DNA of 64,000 nt, taken from NCBI GenBank assembly GCA_965209115.1, contig CBDBQD010000002.1, forward strand, positions 1,223,890 to 1,287,889, in the 5' to 3' direction. The position numbers and the translations under genes are program-made. The notes beneath the pieces were generated by a model. The model was not told the origin of the DNA and searched no databases. It was given only the letters and a program-made list of their open reading frames with translations. Below, one piece after another: positions 9,374 through 20,900 of this stretch (the stretch's first letter is position 1; each line of letters begins with the position of its first letter). Origin of the DNA: Acidimicrobiales bacterium. Lineage in GTDB: Bacteria; Actinomycetota; Acidimicrobiia; Acidimicrobiales; CATQHL01.

Positions 9374-10149
9374 GCGCTTGCCTCCAACTCACTCAAGACC
9401 TGCTTCACGAGGGCGGGCAGTGTGCGGGCCCGGTACCAGCCCGACGCCAGCGGATCGTCGGAAGGATCGACTTCACCGCCGGCCGCTTCGCCCGCGGCCT
9501 CGGCATCGTCCGCCGATGATTCGGCGCTCCGGAGCCTCGAACCGACCTCCCCGGCGCCGACGACGGCCAACTGGGTGGCACCGTCGGCGGTACGCACTCC
9601 GGAGACGGCCATCACCGTGTAGTGGTGGGCATGAGGTCGCCCCAGGCTCGCGAAGGCGCCTGCGGCGGGCTCGGCGTAGCTGACGTCGAGCAGCAGCCGG
9701 CCGGCGCGGTCCGCCAGGAAGTCCTCCAGCGATTCGCTGCGCTCTCCACCGGCGCCGGCGGAGCGCGCGGTCGCGCCCAGAGCCAGCAGCGGTCCCTGCA
9801 GGTCGCCGAATCCCGCCGGGGCGCACAGGTTCCCGCCGACGGTGGCCTGGGCCCGGATCTCGTTGTCGCCGATCGAGGCGGCGCACGGCCCGAGCGGCGC
9901 GGCCTCGCCGACGAGGGCGACGATCGGTGTCGTGGCGCCGATGGTCACCGAGCCGTTCGTGCGTGTCACGTAGTCCAGCCCGGCGTCGCGCAGCATGATC
10001 ACCCGCTCGGGCCGCGCCCGGCCGAAGTGCAGGTCGGGCACCAACAGCGTGCCGCCCGCCAGGACGGCGACTCCGGCCCCGTCTCCGAAGGCAGAAGCGG
10101 CTTCGGAAGGCGAACCGGGCTGGATCACCTCAGCGGTAGATCCCATCAA
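9370..10149 (-). CDS. FAD-binding medium subunit of the Mo-hydroxylase (CoxM/XdhB-like)
   Basis: 259 aa with LAGGTLLVPDL and ATVGGNLC motifs. Overlaps the small-subunit start by 4 nt. Confidence 0.8.
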
Positions 10150-10359
10150 CGCACTCCCTTCGCTGTTCTCCGAGGTTGCCGGACTATAGCAAGAGAGGGT
10201 CTCAGGTATCGAAGGTGCAGTACGGAGATCGCGCCCGGTATCGAACTCGGGCGCATTGGCCGCATGTGGAAGATTCCGCTACTTTGTCGATCACTTCCGC
10301 CACGGGGCGGCCACCCCGTCGGCGCGCCCCGCGACCGACCGAACGACAAGGGGGAACAG

Positions 10360-11271
10360 GTGGCAAACGTTCAAGCCCACGCCGAGGCAGTGTGGGAGTT
10401 GGTGGACCAGGACGCCGAAGTGGAACAGGTCGCCACCGGTTTCACCTTCACCGAGGGGCCCATCTGGCATCCCACCGAGAATCATCTCCTCTTCAGTGAC
10501 ATGCCCGGCGATGTGCGGCGCAAGTACACCCCCGATGGCACCGTCGTCGAGGTCATGCGGCCGTCGAACAAGTGCAACGGCATGACCTACGACGCCGACC
10601 TGAACCTGATCGTCTGCGAGCACGTGACCTCGAGCCTCATTCGGGAGAACACCGACGGAACCAGGGAGGTCGTGGCCTCCCACTTCGAGGGCAAGGAGCT
10701 GAACAGCCCCAACGACGTGGTGGTCGGCTCCGACGGCTCCATCTACTTCTCCGATCCCTGGTTCGGGCGGATGCCCGTCTTCGGCCTCGAGCGGGAGCGG
10801 GACCTGGGCTGGCAGGGCGTGTTCAGGGTTCCCCCCGGCGGCGGCATCGAGTTGGTCGTCGACCGGGACGAATACGACCAGCCCAACGGTCTGTGCTTCT
10901 CGCCCGACGAGTCACTCATGTACATCAACGACACCATGCGGGGGCTCATCGACGTCTACGACGTGAACCCCGACGGGAGCCTCGGCAACCGGCGGTTGTT
11001 CTTCGACGGCATCGGCACCGGTGTGATCGAGGACGGCATCCCCGACGGTATGAAGTGCGACGAGCTGGGCAACATCTGGGTCACCGGTCCGGGCGGGGTG
11101 TGGATCATTAGCGCCGCCGGCGAGCGCTTGGGCATCGTGCCCGTGCCCGAGAACGTCGGCAACCTCACCTGGGGCGGCTCCGATTGGCACACCCTGTTCA
11201 TGCCGTCGTGCACCTCGCTGTACACGCTGCGCACGCGGGTGGGCCCCCATCGCGAGCCGTACATGGGCTGA
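10360..11271 (+). CDS. SMP-30/gluconolactonase/LRE-family lactonase
   Basis: GTG 10360 preceded by aaggggga. Motifs: FTEGPIW, NSPNDVVV, PNGLCFSPDE, PDGMKCDELGNIWV. The upstream 245 aa of ORF 9622..11271 is antisense to the FAD subunit. Confidence 0.85.
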   Translation: MANVQAHAEAVWELVDQDAEVEQVATGFTFTEGPIWHPTENHLLFSDMPGDVRRKYTPDGTVVEVMRPSNKCNGMTYDADLNLIVCEHVTSSLIRENTDGTREVVASHFEGKELNSPNDVVVGSDGSIYFSDPWFGRMPVFGLERERDLGWQGVFRVPPGGGIELVVDRDEYDQPNGLCFSPDESLMYINDTMRGLIDVYDVNPDGSLGNRRLFFDGIGTGVIEDGIPDGMKCDELGNIWVTGPGGVWIISAAGERLGIVPVPENVGNLTWGGSDWHTLFMPSCTSLYTLRTRVGPHREPYMG

Positions 11272-11326
11272 GCGGGGCCCGGCGCCGCCGACAACCGAAC
11301 GAGTCACCGACCGAGAGGGGAAGCCG

Positions 11327-11941
11327 ATGAGCGACCTGTCACTGGATGCGAGCCGCTGCGCCCTGATCATCCAGGACCTCCAGAACGATGTCATCACCGA
11401 GGGAGGGGCGTTCGGCGAGTCCGGCTCGCCGCAGCACGCTGACGAGCAGAACGTGGTGGCCAACGTGGCCCGTCTCGCCGACGTGTGCCGTGGCCTGGGT
11501 GTACCTGTCATCCACGTGTGGTACATCGTCGAGCCGGGCGCTCCGGGCCTGAAGCTCAACGCCCCGCTGTTCCAGGGTGTGAAGGACACCGACGGCCTGG
11601 AGCGCGGCTCCTGGGGGGCGGCCGCCGTCGACGGGCTGGAGGCGCAGGACGGCGACTTCATCGTGGAGAAGATGCGCATGAGTGCCTGGCAGGGCACGAA
11701 GCTGGAGAGCCTGCTCGCCGGAACCGGCCGCGACACGATCATCGTGACGGGCGCCTGGACGAACATGTCCGTCGAGCACACCGCCCGCACGGGTGCCGAC
11801 AAGGGCTACTACATGGTCGTGCCCGAGGACGGCTGCTCGACGATGAGCGCCGACTGGCACAACGCCTCCATCAACTACGCTCTTCAGAACGTCTCGACGG
11901 TGACCGACGTGGACGCAGTCATCGCGGCGTTGGGGGGATGA
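11327..11941 (+). CDS. isochorismatase-family hydrolase
   Basis: 204 aa with ALIIQDLQNDV and IIVTGAWTNMSVEHTARTG, patterns typical of the family. Confidence 0.8.
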   Translation: MSDLSLDASRCALIIQDLQNDVITEGGAFGESGSPQHADEQNVVANVARLADVCRGLGVPVIHVWYIVEPGAPGLKLNAPLFQGVKDTDGLERGSWGAAAVDGLEAQDGDFIVEKMRMSAWQGTKLESLLAGTGRDTIIVTGAWTNMSVEHTARTGADKGYYMVVPEDGCSTMSADWHNASINYALQNVSTVTDVDAVIAALGG

Positions 11942-11992
11942 TTAGAAGTCCGCACCGATGGGGGACCATGACCTGATGGGGACGGCCAACTC

Positions 11993-13078
11993 GTGACGAC
12001 CGTCGTGGCCGACGCCGTGAACGCCCTGATCGGGCGCCGGGGGAGGTCGGTGCCCTGGCAGCGGGCGCTGACCCGCTTGCTGATAGCGGCGGCCATCGTC
12101 TTCGTCCTGGTGTGGATCATCTTCCTGGCCGGCAACACCTCCAACGGCCCCGCCGTCGAGGCGCCGAGCGATTTCCTCAAGAGCATCCTCAATGCGCTGA
12201 CGATCAGCGGTCTCTACTTCATCGTGGCCTCGGGATTCACGCTCGTCTTCGGGCTGATGCGCACGGTGCAGATGGCCCACGGGTCGCTGTTCCTGCTGGC
12301 CGGCTACTTCGCACTCGAGTACCAACTCGACTTCGTCGGCGTGACCGCGACGCCCGACCGGAACCAGGTGGCCTGGGCCGATTGGTGGTTGCCCCTCGTC
12401 ATCGGGGTGGTGGTCGTCAGCGGTCTGGGACTGTTCATCCAGCAGGTCTTCCTGCGCTGGAACCAGGGGCAGGACCTGCGCCAGGCGCTGATCACCATCG
12501 CCATCTCGATCGTCCTGGGCGACCAGATGATCCAGCACTTCGGCGGCGTCGCCGAGCCCATCACCTTCACGCACGAGATCCATGGCTACGTGGAATTCAT
12601 CGGGATCCGCTACGGCATCCACCAGTTCTTCGTCATCGGCATGGCACTCGGCGTGGGCGGCTTCCTCTGGCTGCTGTTGAAGAAGACCCGCACCGGAATG
12701 GTCATCCGCGCCGGGGTTGACGACACGCCCATGGTGCAGGCCCTGGGCATCAACGTGCAGAAGGTGTTCGCCGTGGCGTTCGTGCTCGGCTCGGCACTCG
12801 CGGGCCTGGGCGGGGTGATCGCCGGCTCCTCGGTCACGAGCCTCTCCCCCGGGGTGGACGGCCAGTGGCTGCTGCATTCGCTGGTGGTCGTGATCATCGG
12901 CGGCATGGGATCGCTGGGCGGCGCCGCGGCCGGCTCGCTGCTCTACGGCGTCGTCACCGCGTTCGCGCCCGCCTACCTGCCCACCGACTACGCCTACTAC
13001 TCGATCATCGCCACGTTCGTCATCCTGGCGCTCGTGCTGGCGCTCCGTCCCTACGGGCTCTTCGGGAGGCCGGCATGA
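11993..13078 (+). CDS. branched-chain amino acid-type ABC transporter permease (LivH-like)
   Basis: 361 aa, polytopic. LivH-like segments GLMRTVQMAHGSLFLLAGY and IRAGVDDTPMVQALGINV. Confidence 0.85.
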   Translation: MTTVVADAVNALIGRRGRSVPWQRALTRLLIAAAIVFVLVWIIFLAGNTSNGPAVEAPSDFLKSILNALTISGLYFIVASGFTLVFGLMRTVQMAHGSLFLLAGYFALEYQLDFVGVTATPDRNQVAWADWWLPLVIGVVVVSGLGLFIQQVFLRWNQGQDLRQALITIAISIVLGDQMIQHFGGVAEPITFTHEIHGYVEFIGIRYGIHQFFVIGMALGVGGFLWLLLKKTRTGMVIRAGVDDTPMVQALGINVQKVFAVAFVLGSALAGLGGVIAGSSVTSLSPGVDGQWLLHSLVVVIIGGMGSLGGAAAGSLLYGVVTAFAPAYLPTDYAYYSIIATFVILALVLALRPYGLFGRPA

Positions 13079-14349
13079 TCCTGTCCCGCCTGCGAGGCGA
13101 TCCCGGAGGGACGCCGGGCGCTGTCGGCTCCGGCGACTACGCCCGCAACACGCGCCGGATCGCCGCCGCGTTCTTCGTGGTGCTCGTCCTGGTCGGCGTC
13201 TTCCAGGCCGTCACACCGGGGCCGTTCCGCCACTACTTCGTGGATGTCGTGATGACCCGGTCGCTGCTGTTCGGCGTCGCCGCTGCCAGCATCGTGTTCC
13301 TCTCGGCGTTCGGCGGGATGATCTCCCTGGCGCAGACGCTCATGTACGGCGTGTGTGCCTTCACCGTCGGCAATGCCGTGACCACCGGGGGAAGCAAGGG
13401 GCTGAACCTGGGTTGGAACCCCTGGGTCGGGGTCGTACTGGGCATCGGCGTGACGACGGCGCTGGGATTCGTGATGGGACTCATCGCCAGCCGGTCCAGC
13501 GGGCTGTACTACCTCATGATCACGCTCGCCTACGGCGTCATCGGGTTCTATTTCTTCGGCCAGGTGACGGTGCTGTCGGGCTTTGGCGGCGTGAACCAGG
13601 TACGCGCGCCCGCTTTCATCGGCGAACCGACGGATGCCACGAACCCCGAGCGCCTGTTCTTTACGTGCCTGGTCGTCGCCGTGGTGGTCTACCTGCTGCT
13701 GCGGTACGTGTCGCGCACGCCGTTCGGCCTCGCTCTGCAAGGGGTGCGCGACGACCCCGTGCGCATGAACTCCCTGGGCTTCAATGTGGCCATGCACCGT
13801 ACCTGGGCCTTCACGCTGGCCGCTTTCATAGCGTCACTGGGCGGCGTGCTCTACGTCTGGGAGCAGCGGGCGATCTCGCCCACGACGATCAGCCTCGTCG
13901 GCATCCTGAACCTGCTCATCATGGCGATCATCGGCGGGGTGCTCGTCCTGGAGGGGGCCTGGCTGGGGGCCTTCATCTACATCGCGCTGGAGAATTACGT
14001 CCGCAACGTGGTGTTCCTGAACAACTGGATCGAGGAGGCGCGCTTCCGCACGCTGGCCGGAGCGATCGTGCTCGTGCTGGTTCTGGCGTGCCCCGACGGC
14101 GTGGTGGGGCTGCGCAAGGTGCGCGGCGCTGTGGTGCTGTCGCTGATAGGAGCCGCGGTCTGGGGCACCGTGGGAGGTCTGCAGGAGGGCGACCGCGGCG
14201 CCATTGCGGGCGTCATCGTGGGCGCCGTTGCGGGAATCGGGGCTGCGGGATTGGTGGGTTGGCTGACGGGTCACCGCGACACCGTCCGAGGATTCTGGTC
14301 GAAGCTGCTGGCCACCGGGCGGCCCGCCCAGGTCCCGGCAGGACGCTAG
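13075..14349 (+). CDS. branched-chain amino acid-type ABC transporter permease (LivM-like)
   Basis: ATG 13075 overlaps the upstream stop (ATGA). Reads MILSRLRGD...GGMISLAQTLMYG...LQGVRDDPVRMNSLGFNV. Confidence 0.85.
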   Translation: MILSRLRGDPGGTPGAVGSGDYARNTRRIAAAFFVVLVLVGVFQAVTPGPFRHYFVDVVMTRSLLFGVAAASIVFLSAFGGMISLAQTLMYGVCAFTVGNAVTTGGSKGLNLGWNPWVGVVLGIGVTTALGFVMGLIASRSSGLYYLMITLAYGVIGFYFFGQVTVLSGFGGVNQVRAPAFIGEPTDATNPERLFFTCLVVAVVVYLLLRYVSRTPFGLALQGVRDDPVRMNSLGFNVAMHRTWAFTLAAFIASLGGVLYVWEQRAISPTTISLVGILNLLIMAIIGGVLVLEGAWLGAFIYIALENYVRNVVFLNNWIEEARFRTLAGAIVLVLVLACPDGVVGLRKVRGAVVLSLIGAAVWGTVGGLQEGDRGAIAGVIVGAVAGIGAAGLVGWLTGHRDTVRGFWSKLLATGRPAQVPAGR

Positions 14350-14390
14350 ATGGTGGCGTAGCCGGCGGCCGGCGCGCGCAGACGGGCGAT

Positions 14391-14490
14391 CAAGAGGACC
14401 GAAGGGGGAGGGAGACAACGAAAGCACAGGAGCAGAGAACAGGAAGGCAAGCACCGAGATAACGAGAACACGAAGGAGACGCAGGGCGGA
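14391..14490 (+). promoter_or_regulatory. T-depleted, purine-rich leader segment upstream of the binding-protein gene
   Basis: 100 nt containing a single T (at 14460), with many GGA/GAGG/AAGG units. Lies inside the 232-nt gap between the LivM-like gene and the SBP gene. Confidence 0.3.
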
Positions 14491-14581
14491 TCCTCCGACC
14501 TGTCAGAGCAATCGAGCGTGACGACACGAGCACACTCGAGGAACCACTCAAGAAAGCACTGGAAACCACAAGGAGGAGATA

Positions 14582-16363
14582 GTGCGAACTGAACGGAAGC
14601 ATTCAACCTGGCTCAGGTTGTCGGTTGCGGCCATGGCATTGGCCCTGCTGGCCGCAGCCTGTGCCAGCGACACCGGTGCGGAGGACGCTGACGCGGCACT
14701 CTCCGCGGCGCAGTCCGCCCGGGGCGAGGCCTCGACGGCGCTGGCTGACGCGGCTGCTGCGGCTGCCGCGGCCGATGCCGCGCTGGCTGCGGCCGAGGCC
14801 GCACAGGCTGCCGCGGACCTGGCACAGGCCACCGCCGAGGGCAACGAGGCTGCCGTGGCGGCCGCCGAGCAGGCCTTGGCCGAGGCTCAGGGTGCCGCCG
14901 AGGAGGCGCGCACGCAGGCCGCCGCGGCCGAGCAGGAGGCCGCGCAGGCCCGCGAGGCGGCAGCAGCTGCCGAGGCGCAGGCCGCCGAGGCCGCGGCTGC
15001 ACCGCCGCCACCGGAGCCGCCACCGCCGCCACCGGCGGCCGCCGAGCCGACGACGTCCATCAAGCTGGCCATCCTGTCGGACTGCGAGGGCGCCTTCGGG
15101 GCCTTCCACGACAGGGACATCGCCGGCGTCGTGACCGCGTTCGCCGAGCATGCGGGCGCCACGGTCAACGACCGCACCGCTCCGCAGGCGGGCTTCAGCA
15201 ACGCCTCCATCAACGGCGTGGCCATCGAGTTGGTCGGCATCGGCTGTGCGGACGACACCGCCGAGGCGGCCCTGCGTGAGACCCGCCGTCTCATGGAGGA
15301 CATCGGCGCCGAGATCATGATCGGGCCGCTGTCCGGTGACGAGAGCATCGCCGTGGCCAACTACGCCAAGGACCACCCCCACCAGACGTTCGTGAACGGT
15401 ACGTCGGGTGCGCAGGACTCCACCATGGCGGTCCGTGCCCCCAACTTCTTCCGCTTCAACGGTGACGGGGCGCAGTGGAACGCCGGACTCGGCGACATCG
15501 CCCACAACGTCCTGGGGTGGGAGACCGCCGCGGTCATCGGTGACGACTACAGCTTCGCCTGGACCTCCACGGCGGGCTTCATCGCCGAGTTCTGCGCCGC
15601 CGGCGGCGACGTGATCAGCCGGGTGTACCCGCCGCTGAACACCACCGACTACTCCGGTTTCGTCGAGCAGCTGCCCGGCGTGGACGAGGTCGACGGCTAC
15701 TTCTGGGCCGTGGGTGGCGCTGGTCTGGTGCCGGCGCTGAACGCCTTCGAGGACGCCAAGGGCGAGATCGTCGGCCAGCAGCACATGGGCAACCTCTTCT
15801 GGGGTATCCCCGACGTGTTCCGGGCGATCGGCCCGCGCGTCGAGGGTTCCTACTCCGGCGGCTTCGGTAACGCCCCCGACCTGCAGACCGACAAGGCAGC
15901 GGAGTTCCGCGCGATCATCAACCGTCACTTCGACGAGATCCCGTTCGGCGGCGCGCCGGCTCCGGCCGACGCGGCGTACTTCGACGCCTTCTTCATGAAC
16001 TACTACAACAACGCCTGGGGCCTGATCGAGGGCCTCAAGGCGATCGGGGCCGACCTCTCCGGTGGCCACGAGCCGTTGTGGGAGGCGATCAGCAACGTGA
16101 CGCTCGACGCCGCGTTCGGCCAGATCAGCCTGGACTCCAACCGGACGGCCATCCAGGACCAGTACGTCGGTCGCATTTACATCGATGACGGCGGCGAGAT
16201 GCAGTCCAGCACGGTGGCGTTCGTCCCGCAGGTCGACCAGACCTTCGGCGGCACGTTCACGGGTGATCCTCCGCCGAGCAGGGACTTCCCGCCCTGTGAG
16301 GTGCGCGATCTGCCGTGGATCGGCAACGCCACCCCGGTCGTCAACGGCGTGTTGCAGAACTAG
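14582..16363 (+). CDS. ABC transporter substrate-binding lipoprotein (Leu/Ile/Val-binding family) with a long Ala-rich / poly-Pro N-terminal tether
   Basis: GTG start after aaggagg. Signal peptide plus lipobox LLAAAC, then ~120 aa of Ala/Glu/Gln-rich sequence ending PPPPEPPPPPP. The periplasmic-binding-fold body follows: KLAILSDCEGAFGAF...GADDT. Confidence 0.8.
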   Translation: MRTERKHSTWLRLSVAAMALALLAAACASDTGAEDADAALSAAQSARGEASTALADAAAAAAAADAALAAAEAAQAAADLAQATAEGNEAAVAAAEQALAEAQGAAEEARTQAAAAEQEAAQAREAAAAAEAQAAEAAAAPPPPEPPPPPPAAAEPTTSIKLAILSDCEGAFGAFHDRDIAGVVTAFAEHAGATVNDRTAPQAGFSNASINGVAIELVGIGCADDTAEAALRETRRLMEDIGAEIMIGPLSGDESIAVANYAKDHPHQTFVNGTSGAQDSTMAVRAPNFFRFNGDGAQWNAGLGDIAHNVLGWETAAVIGDDYSFAWTSTAGFIAEFCAAGGDVISRVYPPLNTTDYSGFVEQLPGVDEVDGYFWAVGGAGLVPALNAFEDAKGEIVGQQHMGNLFWGIPDVFRAIGPRVEGSYSGGFGNAPDLQTDKAAEFRAIINRHFDEIPFGGAPAPADAAYFDAFFMNYYNNAWGLIEGLKAIGADLSGGHEPLWEAISNVTLDAAFGQISLDSNRTAIQDQYVGRIYIDDGGEMQSSTVAFVPQVDQTFGGTFTGDPPPSRDFPPCEVRDLPWIGNATPVVNGVLQN

Positions 16364-16401
16364 CCGACGCATATTGAACACGAGGTAGAGGGACGCCACT
16401 G

Positions 16402-17170
16402 ATGACGACGGCGACGGCAGCGGACGCGGCACCTGTGCTGCGCCTGCGGGGCCTCAGCATGTCCTTCGGTGGCGTCCACGCCCTGAGCGGCATCGACATC
16501 GATGTCGCTCAGGGCGAACGCCTCGTCATCCTCGGGCCCAACGGGGCCGGCAAGACGACGCTGTTCAACGTCGTGGCCGGCGACCTGCGGCCCACGGCCG
16601 GCACCGTCGAGATCGATGGTCTGAACGTGGAGGAGTTCCCGGCACGGCGACGGCCGCAGCTCGGGATGTCCCGGACCTACCAGCGTTCGCGACTGTTCGC
16701 CGGGCTCACGGTGGAGGAGAACCTCTACCTGGCGGTGCTCGGCAAGGAGGGCCGACGCTTCCGGTTGCGCATGGGTCGCCGGGACGCCGCCTACCGCGAC
16801 CGCGCCCGGCGCGCCGCGGCCAACGTCTGGCTGGAGGGACGCCTCGACACCCCCACAGCGGATCTATCTCACGGCGAGCAGCGCCAGCTGGAGCTCGGGC
16901 TGGCCACGGTCACCGAGCCTCGTGTGCTGATGCTCGACGAGCCCGCCTCGGGACTGTCGCGCGGCGAGCGGGAGCGGCTCACGGAGTTGCTGCTGTCGCT
17001 GGAACGCGACGTGACTCTGTTGCTCATCGACCACGATATGGACGTGGCGCTGCGCGTGGCGGAGCGGGTGGTGGTGATGCACGACGGTGTCAAGATCACC
17101 GAGGGCACGCCCGACGAGATCCGTGCCAACCCGCAGGTGCACGACATCTATCTCGGCCGGGGGATCGAGC

Positions 17171-17178
<8 letters not shown>
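16402..17178 (+). CDS. ABC transporter ATP-binding protein (LivG-like)
   Basis: Walker A GPNGAGKTT, signature LSHGEQRQLEL, Walker B LMLDEP. Confidence 0.9.
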
Positions 17179-17899
<721 letters not shown>

Positions 17900-17950
17900 C
17901 CGACACCGGAGCCTGACTCCGTTGTCATCCCGGCGCCCCCCCTTTGGTCA

Positions 17951-17968
17951 TTCCGGCGAGGGCCGGAA
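17951..17968. terminator. short hairpin between convergent operons
   Basis: ttccggc-gagg-gccggaa, a 7-bp perfect stem lying between the stop at 17899 (+) and the stop at 17988 (-). Confidence 0.35.
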
Positions 17969-17987
17969 TCCAGTCGCTTCCGGCGGC

Positions 17988-20900
17988 CTAGGCGCTGCTT
18001 CCAGCCGGCACTGCGGCACAGAAGCGTTCCACCCGCTCGCTCAACTCCTGCCGGTAGGTCGCCACGCGGCTCATCTTGAGGTCCTCGTAGCCGCGGATCT
18101 GGTCGACAAGGTCGGCGATCCCGACGGCCTCGTCCCGGTTGATGGCGTCAAGCGTGCCCAGCAGCGCCCGGATCGCCTCGCGGTACTCGCCCGGCAGCCG
18201 GCGCTCGCAGCGGCGCACCTTGGCGTAGCCGAAGAGGTCCAGCGGCGTCCCCCGGAGTCGCTTGGCGCCGCGGAGCGCCACGAGCAGGGGGCGAGCCCAG
18301 CGTCCGAGCTTCAGCTTGCGGGACACGCCCAACGCCCGCAGGAACGGCGGGTGCAGGTGCCAGAGGAGGCGGGCGCCCGGGCCGGCGATCGCCTCGGCGT
18401 TGGCCACGGCGTCCGGCTCGAGCAGCAGCCGGGCCACCTCGTACTCGTCCTTGTAGGCCGTCAACTTGTGCAGGCTGCGGGCCACCGTCGCGGTGAGGTC
18501 CCAGCCGTCGAGATCCTCCTCGGCGTCGGCCACCTCGGCGATGAAGCGGAGGAAGTCCTCGGCGTAGCCGGCCGACTGGTAGGCGGACAGGTCGACGGAC
18601 AGCATCTCGAGCAGGTCGCCGAAGCCGGTGCGCGCGGCGAGCGGGTCCAGGATCCTGCGGACCCCGGGGGCCAGGAAATCACCGCTGTCGGGCGGCGCTG
18701 AGCCGGCGTCGTCGGGGGGCGGGGCGGCTCCGGCGGCGGCGGCGTTCGCGGCCGCCAATTCGACGCCGGCGGGATCGATCACCCATTGGCGGCCCCAGCG
18801 GAAGGCCTCACGGTTGCGCTCGGCGGCCACGCCGTTCAGGTCGATGGCGGACTCGAACGAAGCGGCGGTGATCGGCAGCGCCCCGCACTGGTAGGCCACG
18901 CCGATCAGGAACACGTTGGCCGACGTGGTGTTGCCGAAGAGGCGCCGCGTGATGGCGCCCGCGTCCACCCAGCGGTTCTCGCCGGCCCGCGAGGTGCCGT
19001 CGACGACCGACCGCAACTCCTCGGTACGGGGATAGCCCTGTTCGGGGTGCACGACCATCTGGCCCGTGCTGGTGGGTGTGATCGAGGCCACCACCAGCGT
19101 GCGCTTCGCAGAGGCGCCCGCCAGCGCCCCCGGAGCGGCGGCGGTGAGCAGGTCGAAGGCCAGGTAGAGGTCGACCATTCCCTCGGTGGCCTTGTTGGAG
19201 GCGATCGGCTCGTCGGAGCTGATGCGCACGTCGCTCAACACGGGGCCCGCCTTCTGCGACAGCCCGGTCTGGTCGAGTCCCTGCACGTGCCGCCCGCTCA
19301 GCAGCGCGGCGGTTCCCAGCAGATGTGAGGCGGTGACGACGCCGGTGCCGCCGATGCCAGCCATCCGCACGGTCATGTTCGCCGGACCGGCCGGGATCGG
19401 CTCGGGGATGTCGTCGGGGGCTACCGGGCGGACGCGCTCAGTCGTCGACGGCGAGGCCGCGGCCCGCTTGCGGGCGATGCGGCGCTGGCGGCCGGCACGG
19501 GCGGGGCGCACCGTGGCGAAGGAGGGGCAGTCGCCGTCGATGCACGAGTAGTCGAAGTTGCACGTCGTCTGGTCGATCTTGGTCTTGCGGCCGTAGGGCG
19601 TGTTGACCGGCTGCACCGACAGGCAGTTGCTCACGTCGCCGCAGTCGCCGCAGCCCTCGCAGACCCGCTCGTTGATGAGCACCCGGGTCTTGGGTGTGGG
19701 CTGCTGGCCGCGGCGGCGCGCCCGGCGCAGCTCGGCGGCGCAGAACTGGTCGTGGATCAGCACGGTCACGCCCTCGACGGCCTGCAGACGCTCCTGCGCC
19801 TCGATGAGGCGCTTGCGGTCCCAGACCTCCACGCCGGTCGGCAGCGTGACGCGCTTGTAGCGGCCGAGGTCCTCTGTGGTGATCAGCACCTGGCGCACGC
19901 CCTGGGCGAGCAGGATCCTGGCCATCTCGGGGACACCCACGATTCCGGTGGGGTCCTGCCCACCGGTCATGGCGACCGCACCGTTGTACAGCAGCTTGAA
20001 CGTGATGTTCACCCCGGCCGCCACGGCGAACTGGATGCCCAGCTGCCCGGAGTGGGCGTAGGTGCCGTCACCGAGGTTCTGGAAGGAGTGCTCCCGCTCG
20101 GTGAACGGTGACATGCCCACCCAGGTGGCGCCCTCGGCGCCCATCGAGCAGACCGAACTCCACTCGCCGACTCGTTCGGTTTCCATGAGCGAGACCATGC
20201 CGTGGCAGCCGATTCCGACGCCTACCAGCGAGCCGTCGGGCACCCGGGTGCTGGAGTTGTGCGGGCAACCCGAGCAGAAGTAGGGCGTCCGGCGGGCGCT
20301 GACGGGCAGCGACTGCCGGCGGCGCGGCACCGCCGCCGGCGGGCCGAGGCGGTCGCTGCTGAGGTGCGCGGAGAGCCGGGCGTGCAGCGGGCCGGTCAGC
20401 GCGTCGGCGTCGAGGCCGGCGTGGCGGGCCAGCAGCGGCTCGCCCCGATCGTCTCTCTTGCCCACCACGGCGGGTCGGTCGGCCAGCGGGTACAGGGCGT
20501 CCTTGACGAACAGCTCCAGGTGCGGGTCCTTCTCCTCCAGCACGATCACCTCGGATAGCCCGGCGGCGAAGCTCCGCACGAAGGATGGGTCCAGCGGGTA
20601 GGGGAGCGAGAACTTCGCCAAGCGGATGCCGGCGCCGGCGATGTCACCGATGCCGGGAAGGCCCAGCAGGCGCAGCGCCTCCAGCATCTCCTGGTAGCAG
20701 TTGCCCGACGCGACGATCCCCACCCGCGCCGGGCCGCCGGGGGTGGTGAGGCGGTTCAGACCGTTGCGGGCCCCGTAGCTGCGGGCCAGTTCCAGACGAA
20801 CCTCAACGAGGTCCCGCTCGATGTCGTTGGTGTACGGGGGCATGAGGTTGCCGTCGGGCCGGTGGCGGTACGGCTCTGGTGGGCCGTCGTGACCGGGCAG

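Noticed and set aside
14548-16432. Several long ORFs in both directions (609 aa, 169 aa, 157 aa, 139 aa) and an apparently repetitive GCN-rich DNA stretch at 14690-15040
   Set aside because: All overlap the SBP gene in other frames. The repetitiveness comes from alanine and proline codon runs within a coding region. There is no repeat-spacer periodicity, so this is not a CRISPR array or a satellite.
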